Virus record (IMG/VR): IMGVR_UViG_3300042351_000704
Span: 32,001-96,000 of that record
From: a virus
Direction: 5' to 3' (one strand)
DNA length: 64,000 nucleotides
Position 1 is the first letter of the stretch. Every line of letters starts with the position of its first letter. The translations under genes were made by a program, and so were the position numbers. Positions 47,808 to 57,155 of the stretch are shown here, one piece after another. The notes under the pieces were generated by a model. The model saw nothing but the letters and a program-made list of their open reading frames with translations, had not been told where the DNA came from and did no database searches.

Positions 47808-48138
47808 CTTGGGTAAGGGTTAATTTCTTGTTACAGTGAGCAATTTGTTTACGCTCAGTCTCTCCTAAAGCGCCAATGCGTGGGGCTATTTCTATTTGTA
47901 GCAACTTAGAAAAGGTCCTTCCTCTTCTTGCACAGGCGTGTTGCATAGCAGCAGGCGTTACTCCGAGTTTCACGCCTGCTCTTTTAAAGTTTTCAAATAC
48001 GGCTATTAGCTTTTGTTGAGAGGGGTCGTAGATCTTTATACATGTGTCATCATAGACCTGGTTAACACTGATCTTTTGCAGCATAGTTTCAATAGGATTT
48101 GGAAAAAGTAAAGATATACAACTTGTAGAACTTGGCAA
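47794..48138 (-). CDS. NUMOD1/HTH-like DNA-binding protein (likely start 48084)
   Basis: IKIYD...KLIAVFENFKRAGVKLGVTPAAMQHAC fits the NUMOD1-like pattern. Confidence 0.55.
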   Translation of the reverse strand: MPSSTSCISLLFPNPIETMLQKISVNQVYDDTCIKIYDPSQQKLIAVFENFKRAGVKLGVTPAAMQHACARRGRTFSKLLQIEIAPRIGALGETERKQIAHCNKKLTLTQDEKV

Positions 48139-48143
48139 AAATA
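48124..48143 (-). promoter_or_regulatory. Bacteroidota -7 box TATTTTTG followed by the AAGTTCTACA box
   Basis: Minus strand reads TATTTTTG-CC-AAGTTCTACA. Confidence 0.55.
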
Positions 48144-48152
48144 CTGGAGAGC

Positions 48153-48398
48153 TTATTTCTCCAGACTTTCGTAATAAAGCTTTCGCACTTTGATGCCGAG
48201 CTCCATGTCATTGGGAGTGGATCTTACTGTGTACATAGGTACCAGAAAGTGGGAAAGATGATCGAGCTCACCACTGGTAAGTCTATAACAGTTAATACAT
48301 AACTGTCCGGCACCTTCAATGTAACCCACACGCAAATCAATGTGGGTTGTTTCATCATACGCAGTTTCAGCTGCGCACCTGATACATTTGTCTTTCAT
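48153..48398 (-). CDS. Small CxxC...CxxC zinc-binding protein
   Basis: CIRC...GYIEGAGQLCINC...TPNDMELG. Confidence 0.65.
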   Translation of the reverse strand: MKDKCIRCAAETAYDETTHIDLRVGYIEGAGQLCINCYRLTSGELDHLSHFLVPMYTVRSTPNDMELGIKVRKLYYESLEK

Positions 48399-48412
48399 AG
48401 GGGTATTGTTGG

Positions 48413-48673
48413 TTATTGGTTTCTATATCTTTGCTTTAGGTCTTCCCAGTATCCATCTTCAAAGTTGTAGCGGTTACATACGTCAACCAGTTCAGGGTAG
48501 CCCAGTGCAATCTTTTCACGGTTCTTAGTGTCTAGTTTGAATATTGTGTTTATAAGTGCGGACATACCGCTGCCAGCCATGCCTAGTTTATAGTGCATAA
48601 ATGTTTCTTCTGCTGCTGTAAGTGTTTCTGTTGTCATAATGTTATAAGTTAAATTTGTTACCATAGGATACAA
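48413..48673 (-). CDS. Hypothetical protein
   Basis: Operon-coupled ORF. Start probably at MTTET. Confidence 0.6.
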   Translation of the reverse strand: MYPMVTNLTYNIMTTETLTAAEETFMHYKLGMAGSGMSALINTIFKLDTKNREKIALGYPELVDVCNRYNFEDGYWEDLKQRYRNQ

Positions 48674-49334
48674 GTCCTAAATCAAAGCGACCATCAAATA
48701 CGCAGGCTGCGTTAGAGAAAGCCGTGTTAGTGTGCGCAAACCGGGATATACCCTGGTTGGTTTCTATAGTGTCCATGTTATGGATGTGTCCAAAGCATAC
48801 AAGCTTCAGGTTGTCTTTTAGCTGCATGCATCTTTTATACAGTGATACATCTCCGCAGAACTCCAGCTGACCGTGCCTGTCATAAGAAAGATCACGGATG
48901 GTCTTTGGCGGACCATGTACTACCAGTACGTCTGTGTCATCTGGTACAGCTTGCCATACCTGGTGCATTTTGTCCCTGGCTTTCATAAAAGCCCACTGAC
49001 CAAATGTTGGTGTAATAGGAGATCCGTAGAACTTGACACCTTCAATAGTAGCAGCTGCATTTTCCAGGTAGGTAATACCACGCTGGGCAAAGTCAGCAGG
49101 TGTAACTCTTCTTCTTTCTATAGAAGTGTCATGGTTACCGGCTACATAGATCTTGTGCTTCACAGGAATCTGTTCATACCAGTTCATGAAGTTGATCACT
49201 TCCTGTTCGTTACGGATAACATCGTAGTAGTTGGAGCAGTCACCACTGTGTACCACAACATCTACATCTTTGAACCTTTCTGGTTGTAAGTCATTGTGAA
49301 ACCCGTGGGTGTCGGATAGGTGCAGGATTTTCAT
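48642..49334 (-). CDS. Metallophosphoesterase (MPPED/239FB-like)
   Basis: SDTHG, HSGD, AGNHD, HGPP, FGHIH. Confidence 0.85.
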   Translation of the reverse strand: MKILHLSDTHGFHNDLQPERFKDVDVVVHSGDCSNYYDVIRNEQEVINFMNWYEQIPVKHKIYVAGNHDTSIERRRVTPADFAQRGITYLENAAATIEGVKFYGSPITPTFGQWAFMKARDKMHQVWQAVPDDTDVLVVHGPPKTIRDLSYDRHGQLEFCGDVSLYKRCMQLKDNLKLVCFGHIHNMDTIETNQGISRFAHTNTAFSNAACVFDGRFDLGLVSYGNKFNL

Positions 49335-49342
49335 AGGTTGTG

Positions 49343-50197
49343 TTAGAATATATACCGGATACCAGCCGGGTTAAAGAATTCACTGTACAGGTTGGTGAAT
49401 TCCTGTATCATTTGTTTTTTCAGCTGCCACTGGTAACGTATATTATCCGGTGCATACTGAGAGTCTTTAGCTTCTTGTATCTCAGGACGCCATAATAGCT
49501 CTTGCACTTCAGCACTGTTGCGCTCGTGCTGCTGAATGTTGTGGGTCAAGAAGATGCACTCGCTTTTGGTTTCTATATCTGCAGCTTTAAGTTGTTCAAA
49601 GAGTTTGCGATATTCATCTAACCATCCTTCTGTATAGATAATAGGTGAGAAATTAATATGCACTTCCATATACTGCTGCAGTCTTGGTATGCTTGCTATA
49701 CGGTCTGCTATGCTGTCTGTACCTGGTTCTAATACATCAGAGTATATTTGAGGCATCAGGCTTACACGTATGCGGTGCTTGTCCGGATGTATTATAAATT
49801 TTTCAGTAGGACGGAACATTGTGGGATACTTAGTAGCAAAGGTGCTCTTGGCCATCTTGTGAGAATCAAACCAGTTAAATACCAGTTCCCAGTTATAGTG
49901 TTTACTCATCAGCGCTACATCGGTACTGCAGCCAATATCTATAGTGTAATACTGCTCGTCACATTGATTGGGTACTTTAGGCCAGGGTTTATCTACCAGC
50001 CAGTTATAGACCGATGATAAAATATCAATTGTGTTTTCATTGACATACACCTTGTCGTGGTTGTATCTTCCTACATAGCAGTAGGATTTCATACAACCAC
50101 CCAGGCACCCGTATATAAAGTTTGGACTGATAGCATCTGCTGATCGTCCGTTATCACGCGTAATGAGCGTTTTAGTTTTTTGTTTGATGATCTGCAT
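49343..50197 (-). CDS. splB: Spore photoproduct lyase-like radical SAM enzyme
   Basis: GCLGGCMKSYCY (50078-50107), DIGCSTD, FATK, RIRVSL, EPGTDSIADRI, FSPII, GWLDEY and terminal IRYIF parallel SplB motifs. Confidence 0.8.
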   Translation of the reverse strand: MQIIKQKTKTLITRDNGRSADAISPNFIYGCLGGCMKSYCYVGRYNHDKVYVNENTIDILSSVYNWLVDKPWPKVPNQCDEQYYTIDIGCSTDVALMSKHYNWELVFNWFDSHKMAKSTFATKYPTMFRPTEKFIIHPDKHRIRVSLMPQIYSDVLEPGTDSIADRIASIPRLQQYMEVHINFSPIIYTEGWLDEYRKLFEQLKAADIETKSECIFLTHNIQQHERNSAEVQELLWRPEIQEAKDSQYAPDNIRYQWQLKKQMIQEFTNLYSEFFNPAGIRYIF

Positions 50198-50924
50198 GTG
50201 CTTCAGTTTGTAGTAAGCCCTCTTTTAACAGTATTTGTTTTACATCTTTAGTGAGCTTACTGATATCACCATCATTAATAATTGTGTAATCAAACATCCA
50301 GTGATCAAGTGCGGTTTCAGAAGGATGAGCGTTTACAGCTGTAACACCCGGACGCCCTACACGTATCGTGATACCATTGGCATTCTTAACTGCATTTGCT
50401 TCATTAGGAAAACGTGTATCTGTAATGATCCAGTTTGAACAGTCCCATCCATTAGGAGCACGATCTGCAGGAACACAGTTGTAGTCAGCCATAAGAGCAT
50501 TGACCCAAGTGTTAGTGTGAAGACCTTCACGCAGGCCATCAGTACCTAGTTTCTGTAAGAAGTCTCTTACTATCATAGGAACAGATTCCATGTCTACTTT
50601 CTTTGGAAAGATTCCATCTTGGCGTTTACCCGGTTTCATCTTCAGGACGTTCCACTCAGGACCCAGATTGGTCTTCTTGAATTCTTGGTCTTCAAACTTT
50701 TCTACAGGAATTCCTGTAAGTAAAGAGGCTATAGTCTTGAGCTTCCCTGCCCATTTTTTTATGGCCCAGCCAGACTGTGCTTCTATCCACCACTGGTGAT
50801 GAACATGGTCTTCTATAGTTTCTTCAAAGGTTATGCTTCCTGTGTTGTAACAGTTCAGCAGTTGTATAATCTTTCCTACTGTGTCTTTACCAGACCCAGC
50901 GTATCCGGATACAGATATAATCAT
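50172..50924 (-). CDS. Deoxynucleoside monophosphate kinase (T4 gp1-like)
   Basis: SGYAGSGKDT P-loop, RDFLQKLGTD, ITDTRFPNE, HPSETALD. Confidence 0.85.
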   Translation of the reverse strand: MIISVSGYAGSGKDTVGKIIQLLNCYNTGSITFEETIEDHVHHQWWIEAQSGWAIKKWAGKLKTIASLLTGIPVEKFEDQEFKKTNLGPEWNVLKMKPGKRQDGIFPKKVDMESVPMIVRDFLQKLGTDGLREGLHTNTWVNALMADYNCVPADRAPNGWDCSNWIITDTRFPNEANAVKNANGITIRVGRPGVTAVNAHPSETALDHWMFDYTIINDGDISKLTKDVKQILLKEGLLQTEAHADHQTKN

Positions 50925-51235
50925 AAGTTAGGGTTTATACCTTCTTTCAGGCAGTTAACAATACGTTCGTGACCGGCTTTGGCTTCGTTCCATGTAGTAT
51001 AGCGCCACATGTCGTTATCATACTCGCCACCAAAGATCATAGTCTCAAATAGCAAGGGCTGTCCATCCGGATCCCAGTTGTGATCTAGTTGTATAAACAC
51101 GGTTGATACTCTGATATCGTTTACAGTGTTATCACCGACTCTTCTGTTTTCATCTGTGCAGTCTTCATAGCTGGGGTAAGTGCCTTCAGGCAGTTGTTCT
51201 GTGGTTTTATCATCGTTAATTTTATACCAGTTCAT
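50921..51235 (-). CDS. Conserved phage hypothetical protein
   Basis: VSTVFIQLDH...PLLFETMIFGG...RY.TW.EA.AGH is a common phage small-protein pattern. Confidence 0.7.
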   Translation of the reverse strand: MNWYKINDDKTTEQLPEGTYPSYEDCTDENRRVGDNTVNDIRVSTVFIQLDHNWDPDGQPLLFETMIFGGEYDNDMWRYTTWNEAKAGHERIVNCLKEGINPNL

Positions 51236-51591
51236 TGGTCATTGGTTTTTTCATTAGGAAAAGGAAGCCCATTGGCTTTCCAGGCTGCGGCTTGTTCTTT
51301 AGTCAGTACAAGACCTTCAGTGGATCTTATGCGTTGTAGGTGTTGTTTTTCTATAGTGAGCTGTGAAATGGCAGTTGAACTACTGGTCAGATGGTATCCT
51401 TTACAGAGCTTACAGTAATAGTGTCTGCACTGGTCAGGCTTCCCGCTGCGTCTTTTGATACGCTTGAGAGTGGTGCTTTCATAAGCGTTTTTCTTATACT
51501 TGATTCTAAGAATGGCTTGTCTTGCATCACCGGGAGTTTGATACCTTGTCTTACCAGATGCATTGCATTTACTAATCGGTAGCGGGTCCAT
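51232..51591 (-). CDS. Basic zinc-binding hypothetical protein
   Basis: C..SGK.RY...A...Y.C..C.GYHLTS. Confidence 0.65.
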   Translation of the reverse strand: MDPLPISKCNASGKTRYQTPGDARQAILRIKYKKNAYESTTLKRIKRRSGKPDQCRHYYCKLCKGYHLTSSSTAISQLTIEKQHLQRIRSTEGLVLTKEQAAAWKANGLPFPNEKTNDQ

Positions 51592-51925
51592 ACTTGTTAT
51601 TGATATGTGTTTCGATCATGTCTGTTACTTCCTGCAGGTCTTCTTCAGGTAGTGCGTAAAGCTGTTCTGTTATTACCATCAGGTAAACCAAGTCAGTTTT
51701 ATCCAATGCCTTCTTAACATCCAGTACCATTTGACTGTCACCAAGCAGACCACAGATGTGATCGATTGCTACTTTTACTTTTAACAGGGCGTTGTTTATG
51801 GCATACTTCTGTTTTTGTGTGGTGGCAGCTCTGGCATAGTCAAGTCTTACTTCCATGCATTTCATGTGCTGCAGCAGGTTCATAAACAATTCACCTATGG
51901 TGTCTTTGCTTAGTTCTTGGGACAT
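51572..51925 (-). CDS. Hypothetical helical protein (117 aa)
   Basis: Operon ORF. Confidence 0.65.
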   Translation of the reverse strand: MSQELSKDTIGELFMNLLQHMKCMEVRLDYARAATTQKQKYAINNALLKVKVAIDHICGLLGDSQMVLDVKKALDKTDLVYLMVITEQLYALPEEDLQEVTDMIETHINNKYGPATD

Positions 51926-51936
51926 ATGAGAATATT

Positions 51937-51962
51937 AAAGGGGAAGCTGTTACACTTCCCCT
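51937..51962 (-). terminator. Weak hairpin/terminator
   Basis: AGGGGAAG-N8-CTTCCCCT with only a short U-run on the minus strand. Confidence 0.45.
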
Positions 51963-51970
51963 GATAATGA

Positions 51971-52804
51971 TTATAAGAAGGTCACTCCAAATGCATTCAT
52001 TGGAGCTTCCACTTCTTCTTCTATAAAGAGAGCTTCTGTTTCTACTATCACTTCTTCTTCCTGCTCTTCTTCCTGTACAGGCGTAATCAGCTGACCATAT
52101 TCATTGATAAAGAAATCATGAACATGCTCGTGATCCTGCAAGAAACTGGAAGGGTGTGATTCTTTTAGAGCAAGGGTAATGTGATTGTACATGGCCCATG
52201 CACTGTCGGGGTGACAGTTGTACTGGTGAGACGGTTTATCTAACTCACGCTTTACAATACCCACTTGTGTAAGAGTAAGGATCTCCTGTTCTGCAAACAA
52301 GCGTCCCAGAATAGTTCCTTTTTCTTTGGTTGTTAAGTGAACATTCTTAAGCAGGGTTTTATCTTCTACCAGTCTGTTGAAATACTGCTTTGCATTTCCA
52401 ATCTGTTCCTGGATAGAGATCTCAGCATCGTACAAAGCTGAACCGGTGTGTTTACGCACGAAACTTCCCATGTCACCTCTTACCACTCCGTTCATGCATA
52501 CAAATACATGACCGCCAACAGCACACTTGAAACGCATGCTTTTGTTGTAAGAGTTGGACCAGGCAAACATGAGCCCCATGTCGGGATCATTACCAAAGTC
52601 GAGGTGATAAATACCTTGTGCAATCTGACCGTCCATGCTGCACTTGTATAACTCGGTCTTCACTTGAAAACCGGATGCTACTAATTCTTTCTTAGTAGCG
52701 TCTATAACATGCCCGTGAGGGATAACTGTATATGTCTTCCCGTGTTGGGGAAGCGCTGTCTGCCTGATATGCTGTTCGGTAACAAATGATGTTTTAACTG
52801 GCAT
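51971..52804 (-). CDS. DUF932/DUF945-like protein with acidic tail
   Basis: Y.VIPHG...NSYNKS......G..VFVC.NG.......RKHTG...W..YN..T...K. Confidence 0.7.
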   Translation of the reverse strand: MPVKTSFVTEQHIRQTALPQHGKTYTVIPHGHVIDATKKELVASGFQVKTELYKCSMDGQIAQGIYHLDFGNDPDMGLMFAWSNSYNKSMRFKCAVGGHVFVCMNGVVRGDMGSFVRKHTGSALYDAEISIQEQIGNAKQYFNRLVEDKTLLKNVHLTTKEKGTILGRLFAEQEILTLTQVGIVKRELDKPSHQYNCHPDSAWAMYNHITLALKESHPSSFLQDHEHVHDFFINEYGQLITPVQEEEQEEEVIVETEALFIEEEVEAPMNAFGVTFL

Positions 52805-52813
52805 ATGATTGGT

Positions 52814-54793
52814 TTAAAAAAGTAATAATTGTGTAAAGGATTTGGGTCTGATTTTCTCAATACCCTCTATCTGCTTGTTGATCTCTTCCAGATAGTAAGT
52901 GAAGTTGATGTCGTACTGATCAATAGGGATTGCAGGATCCAGTTTGTTGACCACGGTTTGTAACCACTGGCCACTCTCTACCTGGATCTCCCGTCCATCC
53001 GGATGACGCTTGACAATCTTGCCGCCACTGTTAGATATGAAGTAGCGTACAATCTTTTGCAAACGGGTAAGATTAAACACACCTTCATTTAGTTCAGCGT
53101 TGTAAAGCTTCCATTCTCCTTTAGACTTGACACCGGCACAATAATCATGTACATCTGTGTTGTCTCTGAGAAAGTCTTCCGGTTCCACTCCGTTTACAAA
53201 GTAGGCGTAGATGGCTTTTGGAATAATCAGAAAGCTCTTGTTCTTATGGAACATGGCTACTTTCTTTTTCTCCAGGTCTTCCCATTCGAAAGCACCTTTG
53301 CACTTTACCTTGTCTTTTTTGGAGATGGCTATGTAGTTGTTGACATCACGAATGATCATTTTCTTATACTCATCATGCTCCAGGGATAGCTTGGTAAGCT
53401 TCTCCCAGTCAGAACATATCTTCATATAAGTATCTACACACTCTGATGGAATCATCATCTCCAGGCCGTCCGTGTTCTGCATCAGCGGTACTGCTGCAGG
53501 GATGGCCAGGGTGAGCATTTCATAGAGCATAGTCAGTAACAGTTGTCCGTTTACAGTGATCTGCATGGTCATCTTTGGATCATACAGAAAACTATTCTCG
53601 TCACCTGTCAAACCATAGGTAGAGTTTAGAATGATCTTGTATACGTAGTTCTTAGGATCGGTCTTAGGTATCTTCTTTCTTTCTTCAAAGAACCACTCGT
53701 ACAGTTCCAGGAACTCTTTTTGTGGAAGATGTTCCGGGGCAAAGCCGTTCTTGATAGCCAGGTTAGGGTAGAAGCTGGTAACGTCAGAGGTCATAATAGT
53801 CCATCCTGGTTTTGCTTCATACACACCGGCTTCACGGGCTCCGTGAATACCACCTAGTCCGTAGTCTGTTTTGACACCCCTGTAATCAACGCGGTACTTG
53901 AATCCATCTTTAGTGGATGTAATTACGGTTTTACGGAAGTAGTCGATCATTTTCTGAAACTCCGGTGTCTGGAACTGGACATAATCCAGGATGCAGTCAC
54001 CCAGCACAATGTGTGTACGAGGGGTACGCAAACGTTTGAGTTCTGCTTTTTCTATACCAGTCTTTTGTTCCAGGAAATAAAGGAACAGTTCTTTAGATAT
54101 CCTGGGCTCTGATGCAGAGTAGAGGTCAATGCCGTATTCTTTGGTAAGCACCTGACGAAGACGGATCTGTTCTTTGCTATGCTCCAGGATCTGCTTGGTG
54201 CTCATGACGTCATTGATACAATAACTGATCACGTCACGCAGGTCCTGCGGGTTTTGGATGGGTTCAAAGTGGGGATGTGGCATCTCTTCCACGTTTTCCC
54301 AATCCATGGCATACTGTACCCATTTAAGAGAGCTGCTCTTGGCTTTGTTATCCCAGTGATTCATCCTAAACAGATCAATCTGCCGGATCCACAACTTGTA
54401 GGGAGCATAGTCCAGGAACTCACCTCTGTTCTTTTTAGAGATGACCTCTTGAGCATAGGCATAGATCTTCTCCGCGATCAGTTCACCAGACATCTTTACC
54501 AACACAGGTTGGTTCTTCATTACATGCTGGGTGATCTGCGCGTCAAAGTCCAGACCGTTATAAGAAATGTGCCATTGATTCTTGGCTCTGCATTCAGCCA
54601 GAAAACTGCAGAAGGCTACGATGTCATTCTGATCCTTGTTGATCACAAAGACCCGTTTGACGTTATCATCTTTGTAATGGACAAACACCGCAACAAACGT
54701 GTTGCAGATAGTTTCATAATCCATTACCCAGTGAATTGGTGGCTGTGCTGTCATAATGTACGTGTTCAGTTTAGCTGTTCCCCCTTGGTTCAA
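52814..54793 (-). CDS. polB: Family B DNA polymerase (likely start 54754)
   Basis: Exonuclease motifs DYE, YNGLDFD, YCINDV. Polymerase motifs DVTSFYP, KIILNSTYG, NTDG. Confidence 0.92.
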   Translation of the reverse strand: MNQGGTAKLNTYIMTAQPPIHWVMDYETICNTFVAVFVHYKDDNVKRVFVINKDQNDIVAFCSFLAECRAKNQWHISYNGLDFDAQITQHVMKNQPVLVKMSGELIAEKIYAYAQEVISKKNRGEFLDYAPYKLWIRQIDLFRMNHWDNKAKSSSLKWVQYAMDWENVEEMPHPHFEPIQNPQDLRDVISYCINDVMSTKQILEHSKEQIRLRQVLTKEYGIDLYSASEPRISKELFLYFLEQKTGIEKAELKRLRTPRTHIVLGDCILDYVQFQTPEFQKMIDYFRKTVITSTKDGFKYRVDYRGVKTDYGLGGIHGAREAGVYEAKPGWTIMTSDVTSFYPNLAIKNGFAPEHLPQKEFLELYEWFFEERKKIPKTDPKNYVYKIILNSTYGLTGDENSFLYDPKMTMQITVNGQLLLTMLYEMLTLAIPAAVPLMQNTDGLEMMIPSECVDTYMKICSDWEKLTKLSLEHDEYKKMIIRDVNNYIAISKKDKVKCKGAFEWEDLEKKKVAMFHKNKSFLIIPKAIYAYFVNGVEPEDFLRDNTDVHDYCAGVKSKGEWKLYNAELNEGVFNLTRLQKIVRYFISNSGGKIVKRHPDGREIQVESGQWLQTVVNKLDPAIPIDQYDINFTYYLEEINKQIEGIEKIRPKSFTQLLLF

Positions 54794-54796
54794 GAG

Positions 54797-54824
54797 AAAA
54801 AAAAAGGCAGCGTAAACTGCCTTT
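54797..54824 (-). terminator. Rho-independent terminator just upstream of polB
   Basis: Minus strand reads AAAGGCAG-TTTACG-CTGCC followed by T9. Confidence 0.75.
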
Positions 54825-54852
54825 CTTAGTTGGTTTTCATAGAATCGGTTGA

Positions 54853-55260
54853 TTAAACCGTGATAATCTTGCCAGCAGTAGTGTCAATAACATTACTTGC
54901 TGACAGGTATTGGTTGTAGTCAAATGTATCTGCGTTGATAGCAAGTACATCTATAACCGCTTTGATCTCTTCTGGAAGATCCAGGTAGTACTCATAGTAA
55001 GTCTCTAAGATTTTACGCTCTTCTGCGTAATCTTTACCGTTAGTACGTTTACCGACCTTCATCGGTTTTACATCACCAAAGTCGTCCAGCTTGGCAACCA
55101 TATGCATACTCTGCTTCTTTTCCTTACCGATAAGTGCAAGTACTTTAGAATCAGGGTCGTATATAGCTTCGTTATATGGACTCTCAGGCGTTACCGGGAT
55201 GAGCTTGAAAGTCTTTTTCTGACCCCAGCTACCGGTGATTAACATCATTGTTTTTGTCAT
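54853..55260 (-). CDS. Hypothetical protein (135 aa)
   Basis: Has its own TAACTTTG promoter box and a terminator. Confidence 0.7.
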   Translation of the reverse strand: MTKTMMLITGSWGQKKTFKLIPVTPESPYNEAIYDPDSKVLALIGKEKKQSMHMVAKLDDFGDVKPMKVGKRTNGKDYAEERKILETYYEYYLDLPEEIKAVIDVLAINADTFDYNQYLSASNVIDTTAGKIITV

Positions 55261-55274
55261 GGGTTTGTTGGATT

Positions 55275-55290
55275 GAGTTCTACAAAGTTA
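55275..55290 (-). promoter_or_regulatory. Bacteroidota -7 box TAACTTTG overlapping TGTAGAACTC
   Basis: Minus strand reads TAACTTTGTAGAACTC. Confidence 0.55.
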
Positions 55291-55848
55291 GAGAACTTTC
55301 TTCAAGTTCTCCAAATGTTCTACAGGTATTTTTAAAGTTTCTTTCTCCAGGTCACAGGGATCGCACAGTTCTCCTACCTGTGTAAGCAGTTCAGGTTCTA
55401 TACCAAGGAGCTTGGCATAAACATCTACATACTTTTCCGGGTATAAATAAGAGTCGATGTACTTGTACTCTGAGCTCTGCTCTCCGTAATACTGCTTGAT
55501 AGCACGCTTCAGGGGATTAGTAAACTTGGAGTAGTGACCCATGATAAAGTTGAACCAGTCATTCTGGTATCCTGAATAATCGAAGGTGTATACACTGTAA
55601 TCTTCTACATGCACGATCTTTTCAAACAACGGGTTGGTTATCAACAGTTGTTGTTCAAAGCTTCTGAATCCTTCTGAGTTGTCTTCTTTAAATGTGCAAA
55701 CCAGTTTCATATCCTCGGGGTTGATCAGCCCCTCCAGCGCGATGTACGTGCCGGAAGGAGCATGGACCGAAGTCCGCTTGATCCCCAGTGCCGGATATAG
55801 AAACGATCTTGATTTCTGAAAGTACTTCGTATACAAACTATCTATCAT
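55288..55848 (-). CDS. Hypothetical protein (186 aa)
   Basis: Operon ORF in the replication block. Confidence 0.7.
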   Translation of the reverse strand: MIDSLYTKYFQKSRSFLYPALGIKRTSVHAPSGTYIALEGLINPEDMKLVCTFKEDNSEGFRSFEQQLLITNPLFEKIVHVEDYSVYTFDYSGYQNDWFNFIMGHYSKFTNPLKRAIKQYYGEQSSEYKYIDSYLYPEKYVDVYAKLLGIEPELLTQVGELCDPCDLEKETLKIPVEHLENLKKVL

Positions 55849-55859
55849 TGATTACCATT

Positions 55860-56903
55860 TTATAGAGCAGCCAGACCTTTTGCAAATTGGTAAGGCAGCT
55901 CAAAGCTTCTATTAGTGTAATGCCAATCGGCAATGTCTAGTGTTTCTTTAAATCGTTCCATCCAGCTGTTAAGCGTACTCTCCTTTACAGGATAAGCATA
56001 CGTCTGGAAGAAACGGTCAATTACTACAAAGTGAAACTTGTAGTTGTATCCATTTTTGAGCAGATCACCATACTGAAGAGCAACCAGGATTGAGTATACG
56101 GCTGCCTGCATCCAGTAAGAGTAATACTCTACTGATTCTGCAAAGTCCTTCAGATCTTTAGAAGTTGTCTTGATATCATTTACGTAGATGATTTTGTTGT
56201 CATGATCTATTACGATGTTATCAATGATGCCTTTTAATCCAAAGGAACGGTTAGCCAGATCACTCTGGAAGAAACATTCGTTGATTACTTCCAGGTTGTC
56301 AAACTCGGTGCTGTTAGTACCAATGAGCTGGCAGATCTGCTTGTTAGTCTTGATCAGGTCCACTGCGTTCTTACAGAACTCAAATGTTTCCTGGTCAATA
56401 AGTACCTTGGATCCTTTGCTCTTCAAGAACTGAAAGCAGTTCTCGGTTTCTGTAGACAGCACTTTGTCCAGGCGCTGCTGGTCAGTCTTTAAACTTTGGT
56501 GGTAGTTGATCTCTTTCATCACGTCCAGGATTTCGTCCTGTAGATCTGAGAGTTTTTCTACACCAAGAGCATCATAAGATGCACGGTTGTTTTGAAACTG
56601 TGCGTGCACCTTGTCAATCACTGTACGCAGCGTACCGGTAGGAAGGTTAGCCGGAGAGACCACGAACTGGTCTTTGAACTTTTCTTCTTCCAGTAACAAA
56701 GCATGAATGATTTTGCCCTGCACCAGGTGGGTGTCCAGGCGTTCTTCCTTCATACCCATTACATAGAGCTGATAAAATACAGCCGGGCTATACAGCAGCT
56801 TGTTTAAAGAGCTGTAACTGAAATAGAACTTCTTATCATAGAAGTCCTTTTCTATAAACTTGACTGACTCTTCCATCAGTTCTTCAAATAATACTTCACT
56901 CAT
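55860..56903 (-). CDS. PD-(D/E)XK nuclease (RecE/Exo VIII-like)
   Basis: SYSSL, G...H..LL, LKGIID, NDIKT, Y.MQAAVY. Confidence 0.8.
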   Translation of the reverse strand: MSEVLFEELMEESVKFIEKDFYDKKFYFSYSSLNKLLYSPAVFYQLYVMGMKEERLDTHLVQGKIIHALLLEEEKFKDQFVVSPANLPTGTLRTVIDKVHAQFQNNRASYDALGVEKLSDLQDEILDVMKEINYHQSLKTDQQRLDKVLSTETENCFQFLKSKGSKVLIDQETFEFCKNAVDLIKTNKQICQLIGTNSTEFDNLEVINECFFQSDLANRSFGLKGIIDNIVIDHDNKIIYVNDIKTTSKDLKDFAESVEYYSYWMQAAVYSILVALQYGDLLKNGYNYKFHFVVIDRFFQTYAYPVKESTLNSWMERFKETLDIADWHYTNRSFELPYQFAKGLAAL

Positions 56904-56906
56904 GTT

Positions 56907-57152
56907 TTAGGATTTTGGTTTCCACACACCTTCCAGGGTAAGAAAGTGCTGGATGCGTTTGGCCGTAGCCTGGTCGTATGTAAGGGCTTCTGTCATTTCT
57001 ATAAAGTGATAGAGCTCTTCTATTTTTTCCTTGTCATCCGCTGCTGTGTTTTTTTCCATAGCGTTTGCTACTCTTTCAAGCTGACGTGCTATTTCAGGCA
57101 GCGTATGTTGTATAAGTTTTTGACCCATTACGGTCTCATGTAGTTCCGGCAT
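56907..57152 (-). CDS. Hypothetical protein (81 aa)
   Basis: Operon ORF. Confidence 0.6.
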   Translation of the reverse strand: MPELHETVMGQKLIQHTLPEIARQLERVANAMEKNTAADDKEKIEELYHFIEMTEALTYDQATAKRIQHFLTLEGVWKPKS

Positions 57153-57155
57153 GTG

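Noticed and set aside
31441-54793. Introns or inteins in the vRNAP or DNA polymerase
   Set aside because: Both ORFs are continuous with ordinary motif spacing. No intein splice-junction or LAGLIDADG motifs seen, and the vRNAP has no internal Cys.
55860-56903. Cas4 / CRISPR adaptation gene
   Set aside because: PD-(D/E)XK core is present, but the four-Cys Fe-S pattern is not evident and there are no cas genes or array. The context is recombination and replication.
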